Shown: positions 37,601-49,527 of the stretch, piece after piece | How positions within the stretch are numbered: position 1 is the first letter of the stretch | Layout of the letters: every line of letters starts with the position of its first letter | DNA from: a virus | Lineage: Duplodnaviria > Caudoviricetes | DNA: 64,000 nucleotides | Reading direction: 5' to 3' (one strand) | Virus record (IMG/VR): IMGVR_UViG_3300026165_000001 | Coordinates: 23,356 to 87,355 of that record | Notes under the pieces: generated by a model | What the model was told of the DNA's origin: nothing | The model's database searches: none | The model's input: the letters and a program-made list of their open reading frames with translations, nothing else | Translations under genes and position numbers: made by a program

Positions 37601-40600
37601 TCACGTGATTATGCTGATTTCAAGAAATACTTTATTAATAAAGTTCGACAATTGTGGAATACAAATGAATGGTCAACTGTTAGAGAATTGGTTGACCGAG
37701 CAATTTCTGACATCAATATTGGAAAAAGCGACGAATTCAAATATGCACATAGTGACATGGCATATGCTAAACAATTCAGAAGCATTGAACACACAATAAC
37801 AAATAGCGATACTGAATATGCTATGCCCAGTGTGGTTAACGTTTATAATGATCGACAAAACCATATACAAGTCTGGCTAAAGGAATATGATTCAGTGACA
37901 AGCCAGTTCATTGAACGTCCGTTGGTCAAGGATATTGATTATACAATTAACGGTCCAAATATTGTTTTGACCAGCCCGGCTGAATTTAGTGGTAATGTTG
38001 TAAACAGTTCAGATAATGTTGTAAACAGTTCAGACAATGTCATTGTTGGTGAACCAACCGGTGGACCAGCAACTCTTACCATACGTTGGTATAGTGTAAA
38101 TCAACTGAGTCATATTCCGCCAAGTGCAGTCAAACTAGGATTCTTCCGTCCAACACAAATTGAATTTACAGATGGTGTATTGATTGGACATGACGGAAGT
38201 CGTTATACTGCAACAAACACAGATATCACCAACACAAAAAGTGTTGACTTTGATGTTGTCGCGGCTGCACTATACGATTATGAGTTGCGAGTATTCAATA
38301 ACTTGGTTGATGGACACTTCCTAAGCGATACACAATACAATTATGAAATGGGGGAATTTTATCCAAACCCTGATGGCGAGTTTGCTTATGATGTATCAGA
38401 TATCAATGATCGACTCGATGACTGGTATAACCGTTGGGCTATCCGCAACAGCGTAACTGAAATTGACACGGTTGCTTATGATGCTGGTGATGAATTTACT
38501 TGGAATTACAGCACGGTTGGTCCTGAACTGGGTAGCTGGCGCAGCATATACACTTATTACTTTGGAACAGATCGCCCACACACACATCCTTGGGAGATGC
38601 TCGGACACCGCATCAAGCCTACATGGTGGGATGCAACTTATAGTTGGACGGCGGGACCTTTGCGTGATGCATTGATTTCAGCCTTGAAGTTCGGCAAAAC
38701 AGGAGACACAAGCGGTCCTGATAAGATTGATTTGCGTTATGCTCGTAGCAGCTATGATTGGGACGATGAAACCCTGGTCAGTGATGATGGTTCAGCAACC
38801 TTAAATGGTCCTGACACCGCAGGCGTTGTTAGCACACCAGCGAGTATTGATGCTGCACGTGATTTTGTTTTTGGTGATTGGAGTGAAACAGAGGATAGAT
38901 GGCGTAAGAGTAGTGAATATCTTTTTGCGCTTGCTGAAGTCTATTTGCAACTCAAGCCATACAGGACACACGAGCTATTTTGGTTCCTACATCGTTACAA
39001 TATTAATCGCAACGTAACACAAGAACAGTGGGTCAATATTGATTATTGTATTCGTGCATATAATCAAGAATTGCACAACCAAAAAGTCAAAGACGGTGTT
39101 ATCGCTAGTATACGTGTCGTTAATGGCGGAACAGGATATACATTCCTTGATCTTGAATTTGAACAAGGACCCATTTGTTATCGTATTGCTGAAGCACAAG
39201 CCTATACATCTGCAGGACGTGTGGTGGCTGTAGCAGTTACAGATCCAGGACGAGGCTTTGCTAGTGATCCAGTGGTCAATTTGAATGGTCCTCCAAGCGG
39301 TTCCGGTGTTGAGTTAGAGTATGTTATTATTTCTGATCTATACTTCACACACCTAGGATTCAACACTCTTCCAGCAGAAGAATATGTAGTGGTAAATCCA
39401 GACTCAACAGACCTAGCTGAACGACTTGATGGCCTTGATATCAATTACATGCTACATGTTGGAGGATTTACTGACAAGCGCATACTTGCTATTGAGTTGG
39501 ATGGTGATTATGATAGTGGTGTTGTTCGTATTCCAGAAACAAGCTACGACATTCTAATTGATCGCAATGCTCCAATCAAAACAGCATTTTATTCAGGTGT
39601 TCGAATCGATAAAGAGGACGTTGGTTACCGCGTGAGTGGTTACGATCTTGATAGTGAATTCTTCAATTATCTTCTGCCATCAACAGCAGGCAAACAGATA
39701 AGTGTTGATATTGGAAATACTGAGGTTGTGAAACATCTCAACTGGAGAAACGAGGTAGCACGAATTCCTTACAATACAGTGCTCCTCAAGCGCCAAGAAC
39801 TGTATCAGTTCTTGCTGGGACTTGGCAAATACTATGAAAGCATTGGTTTTGATGCATATACACAATGGGAAGTGGAAGCCAGAGCAGCGATTGAATGGGC
39901 ATTGGGAACCGACACTGATCCTTTCTATGTGAATGGTATTAATGATACAATCAGTTATCATCAAGGAACACGTGGCGTTGTGCAAACAATCGACGTCAAT
40001 TACGATGGTGTGCCCAACTTGCTTGATCAAAATTTTAAGAATATTCGACGCAATGAAACACTTGTTTTGAGAGATAATGATAAAACTGAAATCTCAATCA
40101 AGAACGGCGAAGATAGAATTTATGGTCTAGGTGTTCGTGTTATTGAATTTGAACACATCATTACCATTGATAATGTTACATCATTCAATGACGAATTTTA
40201 TATTCCTGAGTTGGGTGTTGGTCAAAACCGTGTCCGCCTAGTAGGCGAAAGAACAAGAAATTGGAACGGTCGTGTTGAGGCGGTTGGATACCTTGTGCAA
40301 GATACAGGACTTGTTCTCAATATAGAAAGCAGCGTTCGTGAGCTTGAACAGGACTGGATGACATCTGACAGTAAAGCACTTGAGCGTTTGACACGTCAAA
40401 CTCGTGGATACAATGTTGGATATTCAAAACCAACATACATGACCAATACTTTTGTTAGCGACCGTTCAGGTTATGCGTTTGAAAAGGGTTTGAGAAAATA
40501 CCGCGGCACTGCTAGCGCAATCGAAGCCATGACCAGGAACAAGAACATTTTTGGTCAAGAATTTGAGCATGAACTATATGAAAACTGGATGGTAAGACTG

Positions 40601-43600
40601 GGAGATTTTGGTGACGTTAGTGAACGCAACCCGATTGAATTCCAAGTTGATCAAAACAAAATCAAAGATGACCCACAGCATTTCCGTTTTTCAGAGAGTT
40701 TTGTTAGTGATAAATCCAGTGACTTGATAATTGATATCAGCAAAGGATCAACTGATGCAATAAATGGTGATTATTCATCACCATTTGGAGTTTATGATGT
40801 ATTGCCACTAGATAATAGCAGCATTGAAAATCTTAAAGATTACCAGACATTTCTGCGTGATGCTGGATTGCCTGTTGTTCAAGAAATAGATTATTTCCTA
40901 GACTCTATTGACAATATTGGAGATATCTATGACCCAACACAACCATATGCGTTGATTCCAAATTGGAGTGAGACATCATCATATGTTGAAGGTGATTTGG
41001 TCCGCCGCTTCGGTAAAGTATACAGCTTGCTTGTTGAATCAACAGGTTTAACAACACTCAATGATGACATCATTGTTCGTGGTAACCAAGTATTCCCGCT
41101 TGTGCCAAATGGATCAACATTTATTGCGAACGGAGAAACTGTCACATTCAACAAGGCAGACGAAAGTGTATCATTTGATACAATCACAGTTGATGGCACA
41201 CAAACCAATCCAAGCATTCCGTCAGGAACAACTCTTGTTATTGATGGTATCAATGTTGACTTTGTTAAAAACGCTACCACAACAACCTATAGTGATATTG
41301 TTTTGGAAGGAAATGTAACGTCTCCAACAATACAGAACAGCGCATCACGTGAGTTGAGAATTGGTTACGCCAACAGTGCGACGGCACCTCTAACATACAT
41401 CACAGTAGCCTTCGACGAGCTTGAAGACACGCTTACCATGCAAACCATTCTCATTGATGCATTTACAGAAGCCGGACTTGCTGATCCTATTGGTGCAAGT
41501 GTAACCTACCTAACCACTCTCGAGGCTCTGCGTAGTGCGTATGTTGCCGCAGAAAGCGTTGCGTCATGGGAAACCATCATTGATAACTTTTATGATGCTA
41601 CAGGAACACCTGATCGTTTCTTGAACCCTGAATACTGGCCAACAGTGCTAGGATTTACTGGGGCAAGTTGGGAAACAGAGGCACGTGATATGATTCAAGT
41701 CGACCTTGATCTAATTGATGAGTTGGGCGGCAGCACTGCGGCAACTGTGGCAACAATTGTTGATGGCACTGCGGTGATTGATACTGAGCGTGATGCAGCA
41801 AACAACCTTCTTGATTTTGGTGTTACCCCAAATGATGAAAACGAAAACCTAGCAGATTTCACACTCTACTTGGAAAATAACGGAGGTGTAACAATTGCTA
41901 CAGGTCAGGAAATCACTGTTACCAACCCCAAGAACTATGTTGAAGATAACCTTGTGGCAATTGCAAATAAGATTTCAACAGCACTTACAGCCGCGCCAAG
42001 TGGTATTAATGTGTCAACAGCAGGTAACCGTATTACACTAAGCCGAACTGGAAACCAAGCTGGTTATCGGTTTGGAGTTACTACAGATGTAGCTCTTGGA
42101 TTTACTGATGCTGATAATGACGTTCAGACTTCAGGAACAACCACCAGTGGTCCTGTTCCTCTAACATTAAATGAAGCCGTCCAGACAGTTAACCAGTTCA
42201 GTATTACCGGAGTCACAGCGCAAAATGTCAGTGACCGTATGCGCCTATTAAGCACAAACGAAGAATTAACGATTGGATCAGGAACAGCAAACGGTGTCCT
42301 AGGATTTACACCAGGATCAACGCCTGCTACATCAAATACAACCAATGTTCCAGTGGATCTATCCATTGGCGATGTTGTAAGTCAAATCAATCAAGCAGAA
42401 ATTGATGATTTAACTGCCAGCCAGGTCGAAGGTGCGCTGGTTCTACGTTATACAGGTGAAACATTGATAATTGGCGATGGAACAGCCAACGATGAACTAG
42501 GCCTTGCAGCGCAAACATATGAATCATTGTCAGACGCAGTTCAAAACATTTTTGATCCGGCAGATTGGGCAGTCATAGCTGACCCAGCACACTTTAATAT
42601 CTGGACAATTGATAATATTGGCAGTGATCCTCTTGGACCAAGCGGAACAAATCGTTATGATGTTTACCAAACACTAGACTTCCAAATTGGAGTTCTAGAG
42701 ATTTGTGCCGGCGAAGAAAATGGCGACGATGCTTACATCAAGTGTGATACACCACATACATTGTCAGCTGGTGAGTTTGTGATGATTGTCAACTCAACCA
42801 CTGTGCCAAGTGTTGATGGTATTCATGTTGTTACGGGTATTCAAGACGATCAAGGCTTCTACATCGACCGTTATATCGAACAAAAAGGATTTACAGGAAA
42901 AGTATTCCCAATACGCTCAGTTCGGTTCCCAGACTCTTTTGTTGCCGCCGCGGCAATGACTGATGAAAATTATGTCCAGGGTAGCCTAGGACTACGTGTT
43001 GGTGATTACATTTATGCTGATACTCGTTTGGATATCAATAGCAATAGCTTAGGTTATGGCGCTGTATATGATGTAAAAAGAACTACTGAGGGCGCAGGGT
43101 TGCGTTTTGTTCGTAGAGAAGTAGGAAAAACCAATAACAGTGAAATCAAAAACGGAATCTTGTATAGTAATACAACTGGCGAAACTGTGATTCGTTATGA
43201 AGTATTCGATCCTCTAAAAGGAATCATTCCTGGTATTGCTGAAGCTGAAATTGATTTGCGTAGCGATGTTGATTTTGCATATTACAATAACAGCACTGAT
43301 CCAAATGTTGAAGTTAGAACTGACAATGTCTGGGGACAGCGTCAAATAGGAACAGTTTGGTGGGATTTGAGCAATGCAATTTATCTCAACTATGATCAAA
43401 TCAATCCGGAATATCGCCAGGAGTTCTGGGGACAGCTATTCCCATCAGGCACAATTGATGTTTATGAATGGACTAAGAGTCCTGTAACTCCAGATGAATA
43501 TGCCGATGCAGTGAATGCAGGAACAGTGATTGATGGCACTGAATTGACAGGATTGCCATATTCCTTTGTGGATCAATTTGGTGAAGAACAATATAGTTGG

Positions 43601-45805
43601 TGTGAAGAAGTTGAATTCAATAAAACTACTAACCAACTTGAGACATACTTCTATTTCTGGGTTAAGAACAAGACAACCACCCCAAATATTGAAAGAGAAT
43701 ACTCAGTAATACAGCTAGCACAAATCATTGAAGATCCATCAACACAACAGATTGATTGGATTGCTGCATCCAGCGATAACACTCTATTGGTTAGTAGTCT
43801 ATCACGTGCTACAGGTTATGATGATTTGGTCATGCAGGTCAATTTTGACAACAATAGTAGCGAGTATCACCAAGAATTTGCGTTGCTCGCTGAAGGCGAT
43901 CCAGCAACCGTAATTCCTGAATGGTTGCATATCAGCCTGCGTGATAGTTTGGCTGGATTCACACAGGACACAGAAATATCTGAATTCTCACCTTGGGATT
44001 CAAGCTTTAGTTATGTGCGAGGTCAAGTTGTGCAAAGCACACTTGGAGATTTCTTCCGCTGCACAAATCCATCTACCAATAATGATCCAGACACAGATGA
44101 AAACAACGAGTATTGGGAGAAACTGGAAGCAAGAACAATCGAACCTGATGGTGAATTTAACGGCGTAAGTCAGGTTGAATTGAATGTTCCCAATAACATT
44201 CCAGATCTTGATTTGCATCCGTATGTTCGTTATGGATTGGAAACACGCCCACATCAAATTTGGTTCCGTGATATCGACTACGCTCGTGAAGTATTGATTG
44301 ACAAGATTAATGATCAGTTAAGTGAAGTAAATCTTTCTGACAGTGACTTGCCTTGGCGCGATGAATTTGAGCGTAGCTTTACAGTTGGCGGCCAGACATA
44401 TAACATCAAGGATTATTGGCAATTTGCTGATTGGTCAATTGATGGAACAATTATTGAAAAGGGTGACGGAGATTATTTTGTAGAACTAGATCTTGATTTG
44501 CCAACGATTAGCAATCCTCAAGAAGGCGAAATAGCTCAGGTTACACGAAGTTTTGATGTAGATAGACGTCAACGTCGTGAAGTATTCCGTTACACAAATG
44601 GCGAATGGCAATTGATTTTCAAGGAAAGAGGAACGATACAATTCAATGATTTGCTTTGGAATTCAGATATTTCCAATTTCGGTTGGGATGTGGCATCATG
44701 GGATGTAATTGGATGGGACAAAAATTCAAGTGCAGTTGCAGTTGAGATTTTTGAAAGCTTTTTCCGTAAAATCTGGATTGGTGAGTATCGACGATATTAT
44801 ACTGATCTCTGGTTCCACATGGCCAAGCACGTATTGCGTGAACAGGAAGAAGTTGATTGGCTCTTTAAGACAAGTTATTTCGATCTAATCATGGAGGATA
44901 ACCTAGAAAAGCGTTATAACAAGTTCTTTGATCAAAATACAGATGACTTCTTTGACTTTGTCAACACAGTCAAGCCATTCCGCAGCAAAATACTTGATGG
45001 AATTGTGCGTGAAACTGTGAGTGAAGAGCTAGAATTGACAACCGAAAACACAGTTGAAATCCGTGTCCAAACTAACCCTCTAGATGATACAGTGGATGAA
45101 ACAGATACTCGTGCATTCCGTTTGTCAGTTAACCGTAATGAACTGAACTACTCAAGTCAAATTATCAACAGCAATAAAGTATTGCTTGGTCTTGATATTG
45201 GCCCAGATGATACTGTCATTCCATACCTCAATACCAGCAATACGACATTGTCAGCTGGACCTGGTGTAATTTGGATCAATGGAGAAAGAATAACTTACCA
45301 GTCAATTGTTACTAATGATGATCTAGGCGGAATTGGTTCAGGTTTTACCAGTGGATTTGATCTGGGATTCAGTGGTGTAACATTGCTCACCGGCGTTGAA
45401 CGTGGCACTCAAGGCACATTTGCTAGAGGACATAGCTTTGCTGATATCATTGAGGATGCAACTGGTCTTGAGCTCACTGAAAATACCACACTGAGTGATT
45501 ACACATTCACATTGACTCCGGCTTGGAACACCCTTGGTGAGGGACTTCTTAGTGGTTCCAACCTTGATACTAATGGTGTAACAATTCAAGGAAATAATTT
45601 TGGAACAATTGATGCATATGGCGATATTTGGTTGGCACAGTTGTTGGCGTTGCAGAACACAGCAAATGCAATTCAAGAGTTTCAAGACGAACTTCAGGAG
45701 TTCATACATGTTTATTGGGCACAGATCTTGCAGATTGCTAATGGAAGCAGCACATTGATTACGGCTGATAGCACTGATGTAACCGCAGATGGCAGTGTGT
45801 CATGA
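34679..45805 (+). CDS. Giant baseplate wedge protein (gp7-like, ~3708 aa)
   Basis: Follows gp6; single 11-kb ORF; C-terminal VKPFRSK motif; inserted FCCH-like and GxGY domains; ATG 34679 preferred over TTG 34676. Confidence 0.75.
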   Translation: MAKDYSANPKDVKNFTQGAEVGLDQSFQDYSEFLPFINRTESLERFFGSTVNQLLSSGSTQSIDAYWGRLAGRNYNPNNELFQFEPDATRLNYQFQPGTVSRVEGQTEQTVSYINWLKRLESLGADINNHDRLFSELGYVLDLPINADMLMNYRNYYWLEGQIPTIVIEPTVDDPIVIDDIVKFSFYTTPELSNYKTVEFVTGLRVKFTGDYVSSTSGDYFADYTYSVENVGGEGGIKLVPVIDDTGDNLFPSTTPYEIEIREGWDIFDYDTTPFDGIAPFDPYDVTTNRDREDLNLNTTYIVMERWAADKNPWARTNKWYSLHAIDIMAEYNGVNVEAYKNAFTRANRPIIEFRANMELTNFCGNFAGTVDYAVSIDQASQIGDSGGSFQVDSENSLEDGDVIFVGKPETNGIQLVEFNQDFNSDFDSGPALSGAFGPPYSSAFDVGVAITLNQNAYQVSIVSNTITLTPLSPYNDGDYVIVTKGEQKGFVYCFTEADGWQVAQNKESRGDFPLFKLYDDELIDLESYENTDFVGEKIFGYRENPTGGFDRELGFSPSFTQQGSFNDYEFEWTLSTNRYSRDVTVDNSTEIRGYYFWRDRVENKYYNGWTQVRGGQRVPIIQTQVADGTNQPTFELGTTAVSHPTEYTVVFQDDEYRWHEHSYIDRHPIGEPNPTMVWRYDTDYNINTLIENSSDSLEFVRAISYASDTVSSITLASATPVEITVADTSQLKTGDRATFTNVTGTTELNGNTYEITVVNSTTFTLDGTDGDDFSAYVSDGDITYGDGDITVTVTDDLNTTVNVSSSYVYGKILYRNTNDSTIQGEIFLSDENQNRYSVIRNGRYLVEDVDYAFSGTTITVTAECSEDDVLELIYIADADLENVVYDVAPIHFYNNDNKPFTFVGYDDLTNHFARQMSAMPGFDGDVFGINNYHNTVRQHSYDGLIRQQIFSSKRVQYLIDQESINPVRALKNISRDYADFKKYFINKVRQLWNTNEWSTVRELVDRAISDINIGKSDEFKYAHSDMAYAKQFRSIEHTITNSDTEYAMPSVVNVYNDRQNHIQVWLKEYDSVTSQFIERPLVKDIDYTINGPNIVLTSPAEFSGNVVNSSDNVVNSSDNVIVGEPTGGPATLTIRWYSVNQLSHIPPSAVKLGFFRPTQIEFTDGVLIGHDGSRYTATNTDITNTKSVDFDVVAAALYDYELRVFNNLVDGHFLSDTQYNYEMGEFYPNPDGEFAYDVSDINDRLDDWYNRWAIRNSVTEIDTVAYDAGDEFTWNYSTVGPELGSWRSIYTYYFGTDRPHTHPWEMLGHRIKPTWWDATYSWTAGPLRDALISALKFGKTGDTSGPDKIDLRYARSSYDWDDETLVSDDGSATLNGPDTAGVVSTPASIDAARDFVFGDWSETEDRWRKSSEYLFALAEVYLQLKPYRTHELFWFLHRYNINRNVTQEQWVNIDYCIRAYNQELHNQKVKDGVIASIRVVNGGTGYTFLDLEFEQGPICYRIAEAQAYTSAGRVVAVAVTDPGRGFASDPVVNLNGPPSGSGVELEYVIISDLYFTHLGFNTLPAEEYVVVNPDSTDLAERLDGLDINYMLHVGGFTDKRILAIELDGDYDSGVVRIPETSYDILIDRNAPIKTAFYSGVRIDKEDVGYRVSGYDLDSEFFNYLLPSTAGKQISVDIGNTEVVKHLNWRNEVARIPYNTVLLKRQELYQFLLGLGKYYESIGFDAYTQWEVEARAAIEWALGTDTDPFYVNGINDTISYHQGTRGVVQTIDVNYDGVPNLLDQNFKNIRRNETLVLRDNDKTEISIKNGEDRIYGLGVRVIEFEHIITIDNVTSFNDEFYIPELGVGQNRVRLVGERTRNWNGRVEAVGYLVQDTGLVLNIESSVRELEQDWMTSDSKALERLTRQTRGYNVGYSKPTYMTNTFVSDRSGYAFEKGLRKYRGTASAIEAMTRNKNIFGQEFEHELYENWMVRLGDFGDVSERNPIEFQVDQNKIKDDPQHFRFSESFVSDKSSDLIIDISKGSTDAINGDYSSPFGVYDVLPLDNSSIENLKDYQTFLRDAGLPVVQEIDYFLDSIDNIGDIYDPTQPYALIPNWSETSSYVEGDLVRRFGKVYSLLVESTGLTTLNDDIIVRGNQVFPLVPNGSTFIANGETVTFNKADESVSFDTITVDGTQTNPSIPSGTTLVIDGINVDFVKNATTTTYSDIVLEGNVTSPTIQNSASRELRIGYANSATAPLTYITVAFDELEDTLTMQTILIDAFTEAGLADPIGASVTYLTTLEALRSAYVAAESVASWETIIDNFYDATGTPDRFLNPEYWPTVLGFTGASWETEARDMIQVDLDLIDELGGSTAATVATIVDGTAVIDTERDAANNLLDFGVTPNDENENLADFTLYLENNGGVTIATGQEITVTNPKNYVEDNLVAIANKISTALTAAPSGINVSTAGNRITLSRTGNQAGYRFGVTTDVALGFTDADNDVQTSGTTTSGPVPLTLNEAVQTVNQFSITGVTAQNVSDRMRLLSTNEELTIGSGTANGVLGFTPGSTPATSNTTNVPVDLSIGDVVSQINQAEIDDLTASQVEGALVLRYTGETLIIGDGTANDELGLAAQTYESLSDAVQNIFDPADWAVIADPAHFNIWTIDNIGSDPLGPSGTNRYDVYQTLDFQIGVLEICAGEENGDDAYIKCDTPHTLSAGEFVMIVNSTTVPSVDGIHVVTGIQDDQGFYIDRYIEQKGFTGKVFPIRSVRFPDSFVAAAAMTDENYVQGSLGLRVGDYIYADTRLDINSNSLGYGAVYDVKRTTEGAGLRFVRREVGKTNNSEIKNGILYSNTTGETVIRYEVFDPLKGIIPGIAEAEIDLRSDVDFAYYNNSTDPNVEVRTDNVWGQRQIGTVWWDLSNAIYLNYDQINPEYRQEFWGQLFPSGTIDVYEWTKSPVTPDEYADAVNAGTVIDGTELTGLPYSFVDQFGEEQYSWCEEVEFNKTTNQLETYFYFWVKNKTTTPNIEREYSVIQLAQIIEDPSTQQIDWIAASSDNTLLVSSLSRATGYDDLVMQVNFDNNSSEYHQEFALLAEGDPATVIPEWLHISLRDSLAGFTQDTEISEFSPWDSSFSYVRGQVVQSTLGDFFRCTNPSTNNDPDTDENNEYWEKLEARTIEPDGEFNGVSQVELNVPNNIPDLDLHPYVRYGLETRPHQIWFRDIDYAREVLIDKINDQLSEVNLSDSDLPWRDEFERSFTVGGQTYNIKDYWQFADWSIDGTIIEKGDGDYFVELDLDLPTISNPQEGEIAQVTRSFDVDRRQRREVFRYTNGEWQLIFKERGTIQFNDLLWNSDISNFGWDVASWDVIGWDKNSSAVAVEIFESFFRKIWIGEYRRYYTDLWFHMAKHVLREQEEVDWLFKTSYFDLIMEDNLEKRYNKFFDQNTDDFFDFVNTVKPFRSKILDGIVRETVSEELELTTENTVEIRVQTNPLDDTVDETDTRAFRLSVNRNELNYSSQIINSNKVLLGLDIGPDDTVIPYLNTSNTTLSAGPGVIWINGERITYQSIVTNDDLGGIGSGFTSGFDLGFSGVTLLTGVERGTQGTFARGHSFADIIEDATGLELTENTTLSDYTFTLTPAWNTLGEGLLSGSNLDTNGVTIQGNNFGTIDAYGDIWLAQLLALQNTANAIQEFQDELQEFIHVYWAQILQIANGSSTLITADSTDVTADGSVS
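37993..38034 (+). repeat. Perfect 21-bp tandem duplication (NVVNSSD x2)
   Basis: TAATGTTGTAAACAGTTCAGA twice, plus a partial third copy. Confidence 0.95.
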
Positions 45806-45808
45806 ACC

Positions 45809-45815
45809 ATAAATA
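45809..45815 (+). promoter_or_regulatory. Late promoter for the fibre cluster
   Basis: ATAAATA 23 nt upstream of ATG 45839. Confidence 0.7.
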
Positions 45816-45838
45816 TAGTAAACCCATAGGAAACAGGC

Positions 45839-47494
45839 ATGGCAGTAAATACCCTTAATGAATTGATAACACTCCTTAATGCAGCTGATACTGATGCATC
45901 TGCCTTGGCTGCTATTACAAATGATTCTGCTACTTCAACTGATAGCAGCACAACTCCAGGATATGTCGATACAAGACTTAATGACGATCCTGTCAAAAAT
46001 GTCCGCAAAGTTATAGCTGATATTGAAAATGGTATTACAACCAATGTCCGTCCAGCAGTTCATGAGGAAGGCGTTGAAGTTCTAAATAATCCAGCAATTA
46101 TCAATTTTGTTGGTGACAATATCACAGTAACAGATGGCGGAAGCAATACCGCATTGATTACAGTTTCTAGTGTTGGCGCAGTTGGAACACCAGTTGACAA
46201 CCAAGTTGGTGTGTGGACTGGTGACGACACATTAGAAGGCACATCAGAGCTTACCTTTAATGGATCAACGCTAACGATTACCAATGACTCTGGACCTGCA
46301 TTGAGTATTGTAGATTCAAATGACTCAGTAACATTCCTACAACAAATTGTCAACCCTGGAACACCAGCAGTTCAAATCGGAACCACAACAGCACACAACT
46401 TAGAATTTCGTGTTGATGGATCAACACACATGACTCTAGACACCTCTGGAGATCTAAACGTTACAGGTAATATCACTGTGGGTGGTACAGTTGAAGGTGT
46501 AGATATTGCTAATGCTGTAACCAAAGTAGCAACACCAGCAGATAATCAAATTGGTGTTTGGACTGGAGATGGAACCTTGGAAGGGGACGCTAACCTAACA
46601 TGGGATGGAACCGCTCTAGATATTACTGGTGATATAACAGTTAGTGGAACAGTTGATGGTGTAGATATTGCTAATGCTGTAACCAAAGTAGGCACGCCTG
46701 CGGATAACCAAATCGGTGTATGGACTGGTGATGGCACTATCGAAGGAGATGCCAACCTAACATGGGATGGTGCACTTCTAGTCATTGGCGGTACAGATGC
46801 ATTGCAGGTTCCTGACGGCACCACAGCGGAACGTCCAGGGTCGCCCGCCGCTGGTATGATTCGTTATAACACAGACAACGGAAACTTTGAAGGCTACTCG
46901 ACCACATGGGAGCCACTTGTATCGCCTACCCAAGCAGTCAACACACAAGCAGGAGCCAGTTATAGCCCAACATTAGATGATAATGGTGCTCTTATTGTAA
47001 TGACAAGTGCATCGGCCAATGACGTGTTTATTGGTAGATCCACAGTGATTTCAGATACAATTACTGGAATTACCAATGCAGCAAGTGCAGTCGTAACAAC
47101 CACAGGCGATAACTCCGTTGAGGTCGATGTCGGAGACGAAGTTACAATAACCAACGTCGTTGGAATGACAGAATTGAATGGAAATACATATGAAATTACA
47201 GCCATTAGTGGTAATGATGTTACTATTAATGTAGACTCATCTGGTTTTGGAACATATTCAAGTGGTGGAGATGCCGATTTCTTGCCAGAAATTGCGTATC
47301 CGATTGGATATAAAATTGATATTATTCAAGCAAGTATCGGAACAACTTCAATCCAAATGGATCCAGGTGTTGGATTGAGAGGGATGGCCTCAACACCATC
47401 AGGAACTAGCAGAGATGTCGGCGCTATTGGTGAAGTTGTAACCATAATTCAATATGATGAAGACAGCTGGGGCGTTCAAGGAGACACAGTTTAA
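45839..47494 (+). CDS. Tail fibre protein
   Basis: Three TP(V/A)DNQ(V/I)GVWTGD repeats (162-bp period for the last two), [13 protein letters not shown] motif, FCCH-like insert in the C-terminal domain. Confidence 0.75.
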   Translation: MAVNTLNELITLLNAADTDASALAAITNDSATSTDSSTTPGYVDTRLNDDPVKNVRKVIADIENGITTNVRPAVHEEGVEVLNNPAIINFVGDNITVTDGGSNTALITVSSVGAVGTPVDNQVGVWTGDDTLEGTSELTFNGSTLTITNDSGPALSIVDSNDSVTFLQQIVNPGTPAVQIGTTTAHNLEFRVDGSTHMTLDTSGDLNVTGNITVGGTVEGVDIANAVTKVATPADNQIGVWTGDGTLEGDANLTWDGTALDITGDITVSGTVDGVDIANAVTKVGTPADNQIGVWTGDGTIEGDANLTWDGALLVIGGTDALQVPDGTTAERPGSPAAGMIRYNTDNGNFEGYSTTWEPLVSPTQAVNTQAGASYSPTLDDNGALIVMTSASANDVFIGRSTVISDTITGITNAASAVVTTTGDNSVEVDVGDEVTITNVVGMTELNGNTYEITAISGNDVTINVDSSGFGTYSSGGDADFLPEIAYPIGYKIDIIQASIGTTSIQMDPGVGLRGMASTPSGTSRDVGAIGEVVTIIQYDEDSWGVQGDTV

Positions 47495-49527
47495 TGGCAC
47501 AAGTTGATAGAACAACATTTTTATCTAATACATCCACACTCTATCCTGACAACACAACGGGATTGATTTCTCCTCAGGACTTGCGAGCTCAGATGGATAA
47601 TATTGCTGATTCATCGCCATTCATGGCAACAGGCCAGAATTCAGCACCCAGTGTCAACGATGACTCGACTGGCACCGCAGGTAATGGAGCATTTGATCCA
47701 GGCGATATATGGATAGATGAAACAAACGACGCAGCATATATCTGTGCTGATAATACTGATACTGCCGCTGTTTGGCTTGCTCTATCGGATCCATCAGTTG
47801 TTACTAAAACTGGAACACCAAGTGGTGGTGAGATTGCTCTTTGGGATTCAGATGGAGTTATTGAAGCAAGTTCTACGTTATCAGTTGATTCCAATCGATT
47901 TGTTTTTGAATCCGCTAATCCAGTTATCGACATTGTCGAGAGCGATGGTGCAGCTGATAATCAGCGTTGGTGGTTCTGGGGTTCGGGTGAAGATTTGCGT
48001 ATTGCTCCAGTAACAGATTCAGGAAGTGCTAGCGGAAAATACATTGCTCTGAAAAGAACAGGAAGCGACTTTGACAGTTTAGATATCACACAGTCAACAG
48101 CTACAAGAACAAGCATTAGTCAAAATAGCATTGAATTCAGCATTGCTGATTCAACAATACAAACAACCGATACAACCAGCCTGTTGCTTGGAGTGGATGG
48201 AACATCACGCCTTCGCATTAATGCAGCAAACAACGATGTTGATATATTGGGTGTCGGAACCGGAAATCAGTCTTTCAATGTTGGCAACTCAGCCACTACA
48301 ACAGGGGATACTGCCGTTCAGATTGGTGTTGGAAGAACTGATGACGGCAATGCATACATTGATTTAGCTGGTGATACAACATATACTGATTTCGGTCTGA
48401 GAATGATCCGTAACAGCGGTGAAAACGGAATCTCCCGTATAGCACACCGTGGCACAGGAAACTTTAGCTTCCAAAGCCAAGACGGTGGAGCCTTTGAATT
48501 TTCAGGCGGCGTATTTAATATCGCTCATTCAACTGCAACGCTATCACTAGCTGATACAGATGCTGTGAGTGGTGGCATTGCTAGTATTTCTGCTGGATTA
48601 ACTGGTAATCTCATAATGCAAGCTGACCCTACTGATGTCGAGGCAGGCAGTTATATTTCATACGAAGTTGATAACCTTGAAGTAATGCGTGTTGTCAATG
48701 GCAATGTTGGTATCGGCGAAACCAGCCCACAAGTTAATCTACACATTAGTTCAACCTTCCCCAAGATTCGTTTTGATGACACAGATGTCAGCGGAGCGTC
48801 ATATGTTGGCCCTGAAGGGTCAGTCATGCGTATTGAAGCAGATTCAACAAATGTTGATTCAAACAGTGCGGTTGGTGTATTTGTTGATGGTGGACAAATT
48901 GGACTATTCAACTCAACTGGTCTTGAAATAACCGGAGCACTTTTTGGTGCAACCCAAACACAGGCCGAGACAACAGGAACCTTCCGTCGTATTCGCACAA
49001 CAGAAAGCGGATATAGTTATGAAATGAATAATGCTGGCGCTAATACAATTGAAATACTCGGTGATAAAGATTTTTCCATAACAGGCGCAACACAGGCCAA
49101 TCCAGTGGTAATTACAGTATCAGATACTACTGAATTGGAAACAGGTGACACTGTTGATATTTCAAGTGTAGGCGGCATGACTGAATTGAACGGCAACACA
49201 TACGCAATCACAGTTCTTGATGGAACAACATTCAGTCTTCAAGACTCAGGCACTGGTGCAGATATAGACGGAACCGGATTTACGGCATATACAAGTGGCG
49301 GCACAGCAACCCGTAACGCGCTTGTTTATCCAGACGGGTTTTATTGTGAAATTATACAAACTGGAGCCGGAACAACCACAGTTCAAGCAGGCACTTCTAT
49401 TGGATTAAACGGCACTTCTGGTGGCGGCGGTGATGTTTCGACTCAATATGGTGTAGTTAGATTGAGAAAGACGTCTGGTGGAACAGATCAATGGGTTGCT
49501 GACGGAGATATTGGAGCAATTTCATAA
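47494..49527 (+). CDS. Tail fibre protein
   Basis: [14 protein letters not shown]-terminal domain, [10 protein letters not shown] beta repeats, FCCH-like insert, ends [11 protein letters not shown]. Confidence 0.75.
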   Translation: MAQVDRTTFLSNTSTLYPDNTTGLISPQDLRAQMDNIADSSPFMATGQNSAPSVNDDSTGTAGNGAFDPGDIWIDETNDAAYICADNTDTAAVWLALSDPSVVTKTGTPSGGEIALWDSDGVIEASSTLSVDSNRFVFESANPVIDIVESDGAADNQRWWFWGSGEDLRIAPVTDSGSASGKYIALKRTGSDFDSLDITQSTATRTSISQNSIEFSIADSTIQTTDTTSLLLGVDGTSRLRINAANNDVDILGVGTGNQSFNVGNSATTTGDTAVQIGVGRTDDGNAYIDLAGDTTYTDFGLRMIRNSGENGISRIAHRGTGNFSFQSQDGGAFEFSGGVFNIAHSTATLSLADTDAVSGGIASISAGLTGNLIMQADPTDVEAGSYISYEVDNLEVMRVVNGNVGIGETSPQVNLHISSTFPKIRFDDTDVSGASYVGPEGSVMRIEADSTNVDSNSAVGVFVDGGQIGLFNSTGLEITGALFGATQTQAETTGTFRRIRTTESGYSYEMNNAGANTIEILGDKDFSITGATQANPVVITVSDTTELETGDTVDISSVGGMTELNGNTYAITVLDGTTFSLQDSGTGADIDGTGFTAYTSGGTATRNALVYPDGFYCEIIQTGAGTTTVQAGTSIGLNGTSGGGGDVSTQYGVVRLRKTSGGTDQWVADGDIGAIS

